Of a stretch of 52,141 nucleotides of DNA, positions 37,644-46,586 are shown piece after piece. Source of the DNA: an uncultured Gammaproteobacteria bacterium (GTDB lineage: Bacteria; Patescibacteriota; Patescibacteriia; Veblenbacterales; UBA10138). The notes under the pieces were generated by a model. The model had not been told where the DNA came from. It ran no database searches and saw only the letters and a program-made list of their open reading frames with translations. The position numbers and the translations under genes were made by a program. The first letter of the stretch is position 1. Every line of letters starts with the position of its first letter. The stretch lies in the NCBI GenBank assembly GCA_964348825.1, contig CAYGDX010000001.1, positions 36,625 through 88,765 on the forward strand, given 5' to 3'.

Positions 37644-38876
37644 ATGAAATCAGCGAATTTAATTTGTGGTTTAGACATTGGTTCAACTACTATTAGGGTG
37701 GCTTGTGCTGAAGCGCGAGGGCGAGAGGAATTAACAATCGTGGCTTTAGCAGAGGTACCATCAGAGGGAATTAATCGCGGTGTTATTACTAGTATTGAAG
37801 ATGCGGTGGCAAGTTTATCAGCGGTGTGGGAAAAAGTGGAAAGAATGACTGGGGCTAATGTGGAACATGCGTGGGTGGGAATCAATGGTCATCATATTAT
37901 GGCACAATCAAGCCACGGTGTAATTGCAGTAGCTAAGCCGAATGGTGAAATTGGCGAAGATGATGTGAAGCGAGTAATTGAGGCGGCGCAAGCAGTGGCT
38001 ACGCCACCCAATTATGAAATTTTACACGTTTTGCCGCGATCATTTACAGTTGATAGTCAAAGCGGTATTAAAGATCCAACTGGTATGACTGGTGTGCGAC
38101 TGGAAGTTGAAGCACAAATTATTGAAGGTCAAATTTCTCAAATTAAAAATTTAACTAAATGTGTTTATCGTACTGGAGTTGATATCGATGATGTTGTTCT
38201 TGGCGTACTCGCTACTGCCGAAGCAGTTGTAAGTAAGCGACAAAAAGATTTAGGTGTGGCGATAGTTAATTTGGGTGGCGCCACTACCAGCGTTTTAGTA
38301 ATTGAAGAAGGTGATCCTTTACACGCCGCGATTATTCCAGTTGGCTCAGGTCATATTACTAACGACTTAGCAATTTGTTTGCGCACTTCAATTGATGTGG
38401 CGGAAAGTTTAAAAATTGATTATGGTTATGCTGAAGCAAGTTCGGTAGGAAAGCGTGAAGAAATTAATTTAGCTGATTTAGGTGGTGACGAAGGATTAAT
38501 TAGTCGCAAAGAAGTAGCCGAAATTATTGAAGCGCGCTTAGAAGAAATTTTTGAATTAGTTGATAAAGAATTAAATAAAGCGGCGCGGTCGGGTAATTTA
38601 CCGGCCGGCATTGTGCTTACTGGCGGTGGCGCAAAATTACCGGGTATTGTGAATGTGGCTAAACGATGTTTTAGATTGCCAGTTACCTTAGGTTATATGC
38701 TTGAGGCCTCAAGCCCTTTAGAAAAAGTAAATGATTTAGCTTACACTACCGCGCTTGGGCTGACCCGTTGGGGATTAAATCAAGGTGAGGTAGCAATTGC
38801 TCGGCCGAGTAAATTTATGGCCGCACATGAAGTAGCTGGCGGTATTAAAAAATGGTTTTCGTCATTAATGCCGTAG
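37644..38876 (+). CDS. ftsA: cell division protein FtsA
   Basis: GLDIGSTTI, PTGMTGVRLE, NLGGATT, VGSGHITNDL, IVLTGGGAKLPG; ATG 37644 preferred as start. Confidence 0.97.
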   Translation: MKSANLICGLDIGSTTIRVACAEARGREELTIVALAEVPSEGINRGVITSIEDAVASLSAVWEKVERMTGANVEHAWVGINGHHIMAQSSHGVIAVAKPNGEIGEDDVKRVIEAAQAVATPPNYEILHVLPRSFTVDSQSGIKDPTGMTGVRLEVEAQIIEGQISQIKNLTKCVYRTGVDIDDVVLGVLATAEAVVSKRQKDLGVAIVNLGGATTSVLVIEEGDPLHAAIIPVGSGHITNDLAICLRTSIDVAESLKIDYGYAEASSVGKREEINLADLGGDEGLISRKEVAEIIEARLEEIFELVDKELNKAARSGNLPAGIVLTGGGAKLPGIVNVAKRCFRLPVTLGYMLEASSPLEKVNDLAYTTALGLTRWGLNQGEVAIARPSKFMAAHEVAGGIKKWFSSLMP

Positions 38877-39138
38877 TGTAGCTTGTAAGAGTAAGAGCTT
38901 AGAGTAAGAGTAGTTGTAGTTGTCATTGCGAGGATCCCGAGCCAAGTCGAGGGGGACGAAGCAATCTCTAAAAATCCTAAATCCTAATATCTAATTCCCA
39001 AATAAATCCTAATGATCAAAATCCAAAAAAAGTTTTAAACATTTTAATTTAGAATTTTGGATTTATTTAGGATTTCGGATTTAGTGCTTCGGATTTAAAT
39101 AAATTATCAAATTCCCTAATCATTAATCATTCGAAGTT

Positions 39139-40371
39139 ATGGAAGTCAAACCAGAAGTACAGCCATTTGCGAAAATTAAAGTCGTGGGCGTAGGGGGCTC
39201 CGGCGGGGCGGCGATTAATCGTATGGTGGCGAGTAAAATTAAAGGTGTGGAATTTATGGCCATCAATACTGATGCGCAAGCTTTACATAATTCTCGCGCA
39301 CCACAAAAAATTCACATTGGCATGCAAACGACTCGTGGTTTGGGTGCGGGCATGGATCCAGATTTGGGTCGCAAAGCTGCCGAAGAGAATCGCGACGAAA
39401 TAAAAGATTCTCTAAAAGGTTCTGATATGGTTTTCTTAACTTGTGGTTTAGGCGGTGGTACTGGTACAGGTGCCACACCGCTTATTGCTCAGTTGGCTCG
39501 TGAAGCTGGTGCTTTAACTATTGCGGTAGTTACTAAGCCATTTGTATTTGAAGGGGCTCAGCGTCGAGCTGTGGCCGAGCGGGGTTTGGATGATTTAGTG
39601 GATAGCGTTGATTCAATTATTGTTATTCCCAACGATCGTTTACTTCAATTAATTGATAAAAAAACATCACTACTTGAGGCCTTTGCGGTGTGCGATGAAG
39701 TGCTACGGCAAGGCGTACAAGGTATTTCCGAGCTCGTTACTGTGCCAGGCCTTATCAATGTAGACTTTGCTGATGTTAAAGCAATTATGTCTGGTACTGG
39801 TACAGCGTTGATGGGCATTGGTGTGGGTAGTGGTGAAAACAGAGCGGTAGATGCGGCTCGGGCGGCAGTGGAATCACCCTTACTTGAAATTGGTATCGAT
39901 GGCGCACGTGGCGTATTATTCACTGTTACGGGTGGCCCAGATCTTACCTTACAAGAAACTCACGAAGCCGCTAAAGTTATTACAGCATCAGTTGATCCCA
40001 ATGCCAAAATTATTTTTGGTACAGTAATTGATGATACTATGAAGGATCAAATTAAAGTTACGGTAATTGCTACTGGTTTTGGTCAGGCAGGGCGTAAAAT
40101 TTTAAATTTATCATCTAATATTAATAATCAGGTACCTAAATTAGAAAAAGTTCAAACTAGTCAAACCTCAAGTGTACGGGAAAATACTGAGCCAAGTTTT
40201 CATGAGCGACCGATTATGAGTAAGCCCGCGCCTCAACCAATTACTATCAATACTGATATGCCGATGCGACCAGCGCCAGCTAAACAAGTCAATTCCAGTC
40301 GAAATGTGCCACCGCAAAATGATGACGAATATGAAATTCCTTCATTTATCAAGCGAAAGCTGAAGAGTTAA
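39139..40371 (+). CDS. ftsZ: cell division protein FtsZ
   Basis: GGGTGTG tubulin signature, INTDAQAL, GLINVDFADV, C-terminal EIPSFIKR. Confidence 0.99.
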   Translation: MEVKPEVQPFAKIKVVGVGGSGGAAINRMVASKIKGVEFMAINTDAQALHNSRAPQKIHIGMQTTRGLGAGMDPDLGRKAAEENRDEIKDSLKGSDMVFLTCGLGGGTGTGATPLIAQLAREAGALTIAVVTKPFVFEGAQRRAVAERGLDDLVDSVDSIIVIPNDRLLQLIDKKTSLLEAFAVCDEVLRQGVQGISELVTVPGLINVDFADVKAIMSGTGTALMGIGVGSGENRAVDAARAAVESPLLEIGIDGARGVLFTVTGGPDLTLQETHEAAKVITASVDPNAKIIFGTVIDDTMKDQIKVTVIATGFGQAGRKILNLSSNINNQVPKLEKVQTSQTSSVRENTEPSFHERPIMSKPAPQPITINTDMPMRPAPAKQVNSSRNVPPQNDDEYEIPSFIKRKLKS

Positions 40372-40386
40372 GTAATTAAGGTATTA

Positions 40387-40418
40387 AAAGCACTCTGTAA
40401 GTACAGGGTGTTTTTTTA
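40387..40418 (+). terminator. intrinsic terminator after ftsZ
   Basis: gcactctgta/tacagggtgt stem followed by a T-run. Confidence 0.7.
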
Positions 40419-40470
40419 ATAAAATTATAGAGTGCCTAAATTTTCAAGATCCAAATCTCAATTTTCAATG

Positions 40471-40642
40471 GTTGTGCCGCCCTGTCGTAGGGCTAGCAAC
40501 AACGCGGCACCCAAATGAGCGTCAAACGAGCGCGTGCTGTGGTCGCTTCGCATAGCGCGAGTAGATCATTTGGGTAGCGTTGTCTAGCCCGAAGACCGAG
40601 GCGGCGACTCTTGCACCACTTCTTTAGAGAAGTGGTAAAAAA
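40471..40642 (+). repeat. structured dispersed element, copy A (other copies: B at 44712-44880 on -, C at 46341-46530 on +)
   Basis: Shared GTCGTAGGG...GAGCGTC...TGTGGTCGCT...CCG(A/G)AGAC core plus a 3' hairpin; stem sequences differ but stay paired. Confidence 0.85.
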
Positions 40643-40728
40643 TAATTTAGAATTTTAATTACCCCACTTATCCACAACCTATGCCCATTTTTTCCAAAAA
40701 GTTTCAAAAATCTATATTTTTTGCCTCT

Positions 40729-40784
40729 TTGACCAGTACTACATCTAGGGGTACAATTGATTATAGTAATACTAGATGTAGTGT
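40729..40784 (+). promoter_or_regulatory. nrdR-nrdJ promoter with tandem NrdR boxes
   Basis: TTGACC (40729-34), 17 bp spacer, TACAAT (40752-57); boxes gtaCTAcATcTAGggg (40736-51) and ataCTAgATgTAGtgt (40769-84), 33 bp apart; DnaA box TTATCCACA at 40668-40676. Confidence 0.8.
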
Positions 40785-40831
40785 TTGGCTACATTTAGAA
40801 AAATAAAAGCTAAAATAAGCCAATAAATTTT

Positions 40832-41308
40832 ATGCATTGCCCGGTTTGTAATTATTACGACACTAAAGTGCTTGATTCGCGTGTGGTTGAGGCTGGTCTT
40901 GGTATCCGGAGGCGTCGAGAATGTGGTAAATGTGGGTTTCGTTTTTCCACCCAAGAAGAATGTGAAGTTTTAGATTTAACTATTGTTAAGCGTGATGGCC
41001 GGCGTGAGCCCTACAGTAAAGAAAAATTAGCGCTTGGGCTTAAACATTCTTTAGAAAAAAGACCATATACCGCTGAACAGTTTCGCGGGTTAGCTCAGAA
41101 AATTGAAAGAGATATTCAAAGGCGCAGGAAAGATGAAGTGACTTCAGGTGAGGTCGGAGAAATTGTCATGAAGCATTTAAGAAAGTTCGATCAAGTGGCC
41201 TTTATCCGTTTTGCCAGTGTGTATCGGCAGTTTGAGGATGTTACGGGGTTTAGTCGGGAATTGTCGGCTTTAGTTAGTACTAAAAGTAAAAGGAAGAGGA
41301 AAGAGTAA
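40832..41308 (+). CDS. nrdR: transcriptional repressor NrdR
   Basis: MHCPVC...KVLDSR...IRRRRECGKCGFRFST, ATP-cone, DQVAFIRFASVYRQF. Confidence 0.98.
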   Translation: MHCPVCNYYDTKVLDSRVVEAGLGIRRRRECGKCGFRFSTQEECEVLDLTIVKRDGRREPYSKEKLALGLKHSLEKRPYTAEQFRGLAQKIERDIQRRRKDEVTSGEVGEIVMKHLRKFDQVAFIRFASVYRQFEDVTGFSRELSALVSTKSKRKRKE

Positions 41309-41316
41309 GAGTATAA

Positions 41317-41346
41317 TGTCATTCCCGCGGAGGCGGGAATCCAGAA
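41317..41346 (+). repeat. REP-like palindrome family 2, tgtcattcccgcggaggcgggaatccagaa (identical at 43907-43936 and 45386-45415; degenerate near 36697 and 44671)
   Basis: Three identical 30-mers containing ATTCCC-N8-GGGAAT. Confidence 0.9.
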
Positions 41347-41528
41347 TGTCTAATAACTAATTTCTAATTTCTAAAAAATCCCAAGACCCAAGACCCAAAA
41401 TTTAGACATTAGTCATTTTTAGAAATTAGTGATTAGATATTAGAAATTAAATAATTTGTTATTGATTTGATATTTGAATTTTGACATTTAAAATTAAAAC
41501 TTAAACCTAAAAATTAATTGTAAAAAAT

Positions 41529-43862
41529 ATGTCCGACACCACGTCAGAAATTTCGCAAGGGCAAATTGCCATCACTAAAAAAGTTGATGAAATTATGGAA
41601 ATTGCGGAAGCGCAAGAAAAACATTTATCATCTATTAAAAAGCGTGATGGTCGCGTGGTGCCATTTGACGCTAAAAAAATTGTTGAGGCAATTGCGCATG
41701 CCGGACTTGAAACAAAAGAATTTGATCGCGCCGAAGCAGCCCGCCTTACTTTTCGCGTGGTGGAAGAGTTAGAGCGAATTTATGATGGTCATACAGTGCC
41801 AACTGTGGAGCAAGTGCAAGATATTGTAGAATTAGTGTTAATGCGTTCCAAATGGTGGAATACAGCTAAGGTCTATATTTTATATCGCGACGATCATACT
41901 AAAAAACGTTTACATAAAAAACGCGCCGTACCAGCAGAAATTACCGCGCTCACTACTGAGAGTAAGAAATATTTCCCCAACCAATTATCAGAATTTGTTT
42001 TTTATTCTACGTATGCACGCTGGCTACCCGAGCAAGGTCGTCGCGAAACTTGGGTGGAGGCCGTTACTCGCTATGCTGATTTTATGAATGAAAAAGTGGG
42101 TAATAAATTAACTGAAGTTGAATATAGTGAAATTAAAGAAGCTATGCTTAAAATGGAAGCACTTGGTTCAATGAGGCTTTTGTGGGCAGCGGGCTCGGCC
42201 GCACGCGCTTCTAATGTAGCGGCTTACAATTGTTCATTTATTGCGCCGTCAGCTTGGCAGGATTTTGCTGAAGTAATGTATGTTTTAATGTGTGGTACCG
42301 GTGTTGGCTTTTCCGTGGAACGGCAAACAGTTGAGCAATTACCAATTATCAAAAGACAAAGTGGTGCTAAATTATTTACTTATGTGGTGAAAGATAGTAA
42401 AGAAGGTTGGGCCGATGCTTTAGCTCTCGGGCTTAATACTTGGGCCGAAGGCAAAGATGTAGAATTTGATTACAGTGAAGTTCGTCCGCAAGGCGCGCGG
42501 CTTAAAACTATGGGTGGCAGGGCTTCTGGCCCAGGTCCACTCAAAGCTTTACTTGAATTTGCGCGGACTAAAATGATGGCGCGTCAAGGTCGGCGTTTAA
42601 CAACTTTAGACGTACATGATTTAGTTTGTAAAATTGGCGAAGTGGTGGTGATGGGCGGAGTGCGGCGTAGTGCCTTAATTTCATTATCTGATGTGGATGA
42701 TTTGGAAATGCGCGAAGCGAAAAACGGCCAATTTTATCTTACTCATCCAGAGCGCAGTATGGCGAATAATTCCGCCACGTATAATGACAAACCATCACTT
42801 ACTCAGTTTTTAGATGAATGGGTTAATTTAATGAAATCAGGTTCAGGTGAGCGTGGAATTTTTAATCGTGGTAGTTTGCAAAAACAATTGCCGGTTCGTC
42901 GTTGGCCAATTCTAAAAGACGAAGCCGCTACTTGTGGTACTAATCCGTGCGGTGAAATTATTCTAAAATCCAAACAATTTTGCAATCTCACTCAAGTAGT
43001 GGCACGGCCCGAAGATACTGAAGACAGTTTAATGCGCAAAGTAAAAATCGCTACTATCTTAGGTACTTACCAAGCGTCGCTCACTAATTTCCCGTACTTA
43101 GGTAGTGATTGGAAAAGGCACTGCGACGAAGAAGCACTGCTTGGTGTATCAATTGATGGTCATTGGGATTGCCCAGCGCTTCGTAATCCAATGATCCTTA
43201 GACGTTTGAAAGAATACGCGGTAGAAGTAAATCGTGAGTACGCGCAAAAATTTGGCATCAATCCTTCTACTTGTATTACTTGTGTAAAACCGTCGGGCAA
43301 TGGTTCACAATTATTTAATTGTTCTTCTGGTATGCACCCACGGCACGCTAAATATTATATTCGTCGCGTGCGTATTGAAAATCATAATCCACTTTTTCGT
43401 ATGATGAAAGATTTAGGTGTGCCGTATCATCCCGAAGTGGGACAAGTTGATGGCGAAGCCAGTACTTATGTGTTGGAATTTCCGATTGCGGCACCGCGTG
43501 ATGCTATTGTGCGGCGTGATGTGAAAGCTCCGCAAGCACTGGAATACTGGAAAATGGTAAAAACTAATTATACTGAGCATAATCCATCGGTTACTATTTC
43601 AGTGGCGAGTGATGAGTGGCTTCAAGTGGGAAATTGGGTGTATGAGAATTGGGATTTAGTGGGTGGACTTTCTTTCTTGCCACGCGATGAACATGTTTAT
43701 CAACTTGCGCCATATGAAGAAATTACTGAAGAAAAGTATAATGAATTGGCTAATAAATTTCCACAAATTGATTTTTCGCAAGTGGTGGCCTATGAGTATG
43801 ATGATCAAACTACCGGTTCGCATGAACTGGCCTGCGTGAGTGGAGCGTGTGAATTGAAGTAG
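41529..43862 (+). CDS. nrdJ: class II (adenosylcobalamin-dependent) ribonucleotide reductase with N-terminal ATP-cone
   Basis: KKRDGRVVPFD ATP-cone; GRRETW, YNCSF, GGVRRSALISL, GTNPCGEI, TCVKPSG, C-terminal ACVSGACE; no NrdB partner; flanked by B12 genes. Confidence 0.92.
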   Translation: MSDTTSEISQGQIAITKKVDEIMEIAEAQEKHLSSIKKRDGRVVPFDAKKIVEAIAHAGLETKEFDRAEAARLTFRVVEELERIYDGHTVPTVEQVQDIVELVLMRSKWWNTAKVYILYRDDHTKKRLHKKRAVPAEITALTTESKKYFPNQLSEFVFYSTYARWLPEQGRRETWVEAVTRYADFMNEKVGNKLTEVEYSEIKEAMLKMEALGSMRLLWAAGSAARASNVAAYNCSFIAPSAWQDFAEVMYVLMCGTGVGFSVERQTVEQLPIIKRQSGAKLFTYVVKDSKEGWADALALGLNTWAEGKDVEFDYSEVRPQGARLKTMGGRASGPGPLKALLEFARTKMMARQGRRLTTLDVHDLVCKIGEVVVMGGVRRSALISLSDVDDLEMREAKNGQFYLTHPERSMANNSATYNDKPSLTQFLDEWVNLMKSGSGERGIFNRGSLQKQLPVRRWPILKDEAATCGTNPCGEIILKSKQFCNLTQVVARPEDTEDSLMRKVKIATILGTYQASLTNFPYLGSDWKRHCDEEALLGVSIDGHWDCPALRNPMILRRLKEYAVEVNREYAQKFGINPSTCITCVKPSGNGSQLFNCSSGMHPRHAKYYIRRVRIENHNPLFRMMKDLGVPYHPEVGQVDGEASTYVLEFPIAAPRDAIVRRDVKAPQALEYWKMVKTNYTEHNPSVTISVASDEWLQVGNWVYENWDLVGGLSFLPRDEHVYQLAPYEEITEEKYNELANKFPQIDFSQVVAYEYDDQTTGSHELACVSGACELK

Positions 43863-44053
43863 TTGAGGGTGTAGCGTGTAGGGAGTAGCACGTAGATTAT
43901 TTAGATTGTCATTCCCGCGGAGGCGGGAATCCAGAAATAAAACTTAAGTTAATATAAATCTAAAATGTTTTTGAATCTAGAATCTAGAAGTTAGAATCTA
44001 GAATTCGGACTGCACTTATCTAAATTCGAAATTCTATATTCTAGCTTCTAATT

Positions 44054-44602
44054 ATGAAAGTCTACACTAAAACTGGCGATGCTGGCGAAACTTCGCTTTA
44101 TGGCGGAAAAAGGGTGCGCAAAAGTGAATTACGTTTGTCGGCTTATGGCACAGTTGATGAGTTGAATGCGGTGCTGGGAGTAGTGCTCGCGCAAACTGGT
44201 GCTGAAATTTATAAAATCAGATTAAATAAAATTCAAAATGATTTATTTACTTTAGGATCAGAACTTGCCGCCTCGTCAGTTGAATCAGTTAGCAATTTAC
44301 CTAAAGTTGAAGAAAGTAGGGTAGAAGCTTTGGAGCAGGAAATGGATGAGTTGTCAGCTGAACTTCCTGAGCTTAAAAATTTTATTTTTCCGGGTGGAAA
44401 TCAAGTCGCGGCGCATTTACATCAAGCGCGCACGGTAGCGCGCCGCGCCGAACGAGCAGTAGTAAAATTATCTGATGTTGAGTCAATTCGTCCGCTCGCA
44501 ATGAAATATCTAAATCGTTTGTCTGATTATTTATTTATCCTCGCGCGCCACGCCAATCATAAACTACCCAACGGGAAAGAAGTGGTTTGGAAAAGTGAGT
44601 AG
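44054..44602 (+). CDS. pduO: PduO-type ATP:cob(I)alamin adenosyltransferase
   Basis: KVYTKTGDAGET, YGTVDELN, ARTVARRAER, YLNRLSDYLFILAR. Confidence 0.95.
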   Translation: MKVYTKTGDAGETSLYGGKRVRKSELRLSAYGTVDELNAVLGVVLAQTGAEIYKIRLNKIQNDLFTLGSELAASSVESVSNLPKVEESRVEALEQEMDELSAELPELKNFIFPGGNQVAAHLHQARTVARRAERAVVKLSDVESIRPLAMKYLNRLSDYLFILARHANHKLPNGKEVVWKSE

Positions 44603-44711
44603 TCCGCCAGTCAGAGGATGTCATTGCGAGGAGCGAGTAAGGCGAGCGACGTGGCAATCTCTCAACAATTGTCATTTACAGGCGGGAATCAAGAAAATTA
44701 AAATTATTTTA

Positions 44712-44880
44712 TTTTGTTACTTTTTAGTAAAGTAACACAAAATCGCCGCCTCGGTCTCCGGGTTTGAACAGTGCTCGTCAAACGAGCTGACCCCACCTAT
44801 ACCAAGCGACCACATACACGGCGGGGTCGGACGCTCGTTTGACTTCCGCTCTGTACAAACCCTACGACAGGGCGGCACGA
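44712..44880 (-). repeat. structured dispersed element, copy B
   Basis: Reverse complement reads gccgccctgtcgtagggtttgtacagagcg...tgtggtcgct...gcactgttcaaacccggagaccgaggcggc...gttacttt/aaagtaac. Confidence 0.85.
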
Positions 44881-44904
44881 CGACTAATTCTAACTTCTAA
44901 AACC

Positions 44905-45342
44905 ATGAAACAAAAATCTATCTACATATTAATCGCTCTGCTTTTAGCTGTTGGAATTTTTTCGTTAGGTCTGAATTATGGTCAAAAAGATGGATCGCTC
45001 GAGCGTTTTGGTCAAATTCCAGAACAGTTGCGAACAGTGGATGTTTTGATTGATGATGGTAATGTTATCAGGAATTATAAGGCAGTGGATATTGGTAGAA
45101 TGACTGTACTAGAAGCTTTAATCTCAGTAACTGAAAGTAATAAATTAATTTTTGATTATGACGGTCCTGAAAAATCAGCTTATGGTGCGTTTGTGAAGCA
45201 GATTGGTGAACAAAAAAATGGCGATGGGCAAAAGTTTTGGCAGTACTGGGTAAATGGCGCACAACCCTTGATTGCGGCGGATAAGTATGAGTTGAAAGGT
45301 GGGGAAGTAATACTTTGGACGTTTAGGAAATCGGCGATGTAG
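44905..45342 (+). CDS. membrane-anchored DUF4430/transcobalamin-like C-terminal domain protein
   Basis: N-terminal TM; TVLEAL, YGAFVKQIG, FWQYWVNG...AADKYELKGGEVILW. Confidence 0.8.
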   Translation: MKQKSIYILIALLLAVGIFSLGLNYGQKDGSLERFGQIPEQLRTVDVLIDDGNVIRNYKAVDIGRMTVLEALISVTESNKLIFDYDGPEKSAYGAFVKQIGEQKNGDGQKFWQYWVNGAQPLIAADKYELKGGEVILWTFRKSAM

Positions 45343-45572
45343 GTTGGTTGGCCACTAGCAACTAGTTTCTAGCCAATAGTACGACTGTCATTCCCGCGGA
45401 GGCGGGAATCCAGAACGAGAAATCCTAAATCCTAATATCTAATTCCCAAATAAATTTTAAAATCCTAATACTTAAAAATTAAAACTTTTTGGATTTATGA
45501 TTTGGGGTTTATTTAGGATTTCGGGTTTAGGGTTTAGGATTTAAGGAAATTATTATCTATATTATAGCAATT

Positions 45573-46118
45573 ATGTTTCGTAATTTAATCATCTCTGTAA
45601 TTTTAATCGCCTTAGTAGTGGTTGGTCGTCTCATACCTCACGTTTGGAACGTCACGCCAATCATCGCTGTAGCACTACTCGCTGGCGCAGTATTACCGCG
45701 TCGCTGGGCTTTTGTGGTGCCACTACTAGCAATGCTTATTAGCGACATCATAATCGGTTTTTATAACTTACCAGTAATGTTAACGGTTTATGGGAGTTTC
45801 ACTGTAGTAGCTTTTTTAGGTGTTTATTTAAAAAATATGAAGCCCGTGCAAATTGTGGCGGCTTCAATTACATCATCCACTCTTTTTTTCTTAACTACAA
45901 ATTTCGCCGTTTGGGCAACCGCTGATTGGTATCCTAAAACAATGGATGGGTTGTTACTTTCCTATACTTTAGGATTACCATTTTTTAGAAATATGTTACT
46001 CGGGGATATAATTTTTAGTGGAGTGTTGTTTGGCGTGTGGGCGTTGGCAGTAAATTATTTTAGCTTGCACGTTTTATCGGATAGTGATAAGTTAGCAGAA
46101 GTTAAGATTCGTGTTTAA
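45573..46118 (+). CDS. integral membrane protein, putative ECF S-component (DUF6580-like), probably for cobalamin
   Basis: RLIPHVWNVTPIIAVALL, PLLAMLISD, FFLTTNFAVW, YTLGLPFFRN; multiple TMs; B12 gene context. Confidence 0.7.
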   Translation: MFRNLIISVILIALVVVGRLIPHVWNVTPIIAVALLAGAVLPRRWAFVVPLLAMLISDIIIGFYNLPVMLTVYGSFTVVAFLGVYLKNMKPVQIVAASITSSTLFFLTTNFAVWATADWYPKTMDGLLLSYTLGLPFFRNMLLGDIIFSGVLFGVWALAVNYFSLHVLSDSDKLAEVKIRV

Positions 46119-46119
46119 C

Positions 46120-46250
46120 AATATAACTTAGTACTCAGGGAAGTCCGGTGTGAATCCGGCACAGTCGCGCTACGGTAATTTCGGAGTTTAGTTGAAGAAG
46201 TTCTTCGACTACGCTCAGAATAAGTCCGATTACTGAATAGTTTAGTTAAA
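46120..46250 (+). promoter_or_regulatory. cobalamin riboswitch
   Basis: AGGGAAGTCCGGTGTGAATCCGGCACAGTCGCGCTACGGTAA...AAGTCCGATTACTG matches the B12-element core; followed by a terminator-like hairpin. Confidence 0.85.
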
Positions 46251-46303
46251 TAACTTCTACCTTCGCGAAAAAGGTGGGGAGTATGATTACGACTTGTCGT
46301 GTC

Positions 46304-46337
46304 ACCCCGCCTTACCCGTATGGCGGGGTTTTGGTTT
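46304..46337 (+). terminator. intrinsic terminator, probable riboswitch expression platform
   Basis: accccgcc/ggcggggt stem followed by ttttggttt. Confidence 0.7.
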
Positions 46338-46340
46338 GCG

Positions 46341-46530
46341 GCTGCGGCCTCGTCGTAGGGTTTGTACAGAGCGCCTGCCTGCCGGTAGGCAGGGAATCGG
46401 ACGAGCGTCCGGCTCGGGCGTGCTGTGGTCGCTGTGCATAGCCCGAGCCAGTGAGTCCGACGAGCACTGTTCAAATCCGAAGACACAGGCCGCGATTCTT
46501 GGTTACTTCTACTAAAGAAGTAACAAAAAT
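46341..46530 (+). repeat. structured dispersed element, copy C (carries a 20-bp palindrome insertion)
   Basis: gcggcctcgtcgtagggtttgtacagagcg[insert]...tgtggtcgct...gcactgttcaaatccgaagacacaggccgc...gttacttct/agaagtaac. Confidence 0.85.
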
Positions 46531-46586
46531 AAAAAAATTAATTAATTTTCTAAATTCTAGCTTCTAGCTTCTAATAATTTATTTCT

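Noticed and set aside
41317..45415. Identical 30-bp repeats as a CRISPR array
   Set aside because: Copies are kilobases apart and separated by genes, with no spacers or cas genes; they are REP-like
46115..46515. ORFs 46115-46486 (-) and 46294-46515 (+), and the N-terminal extension of ORF 44839
   Set aside because: They span the riboswitch and the structured repeat; the shared ALYKPYD peptide comes from the repeat, not from protein homology
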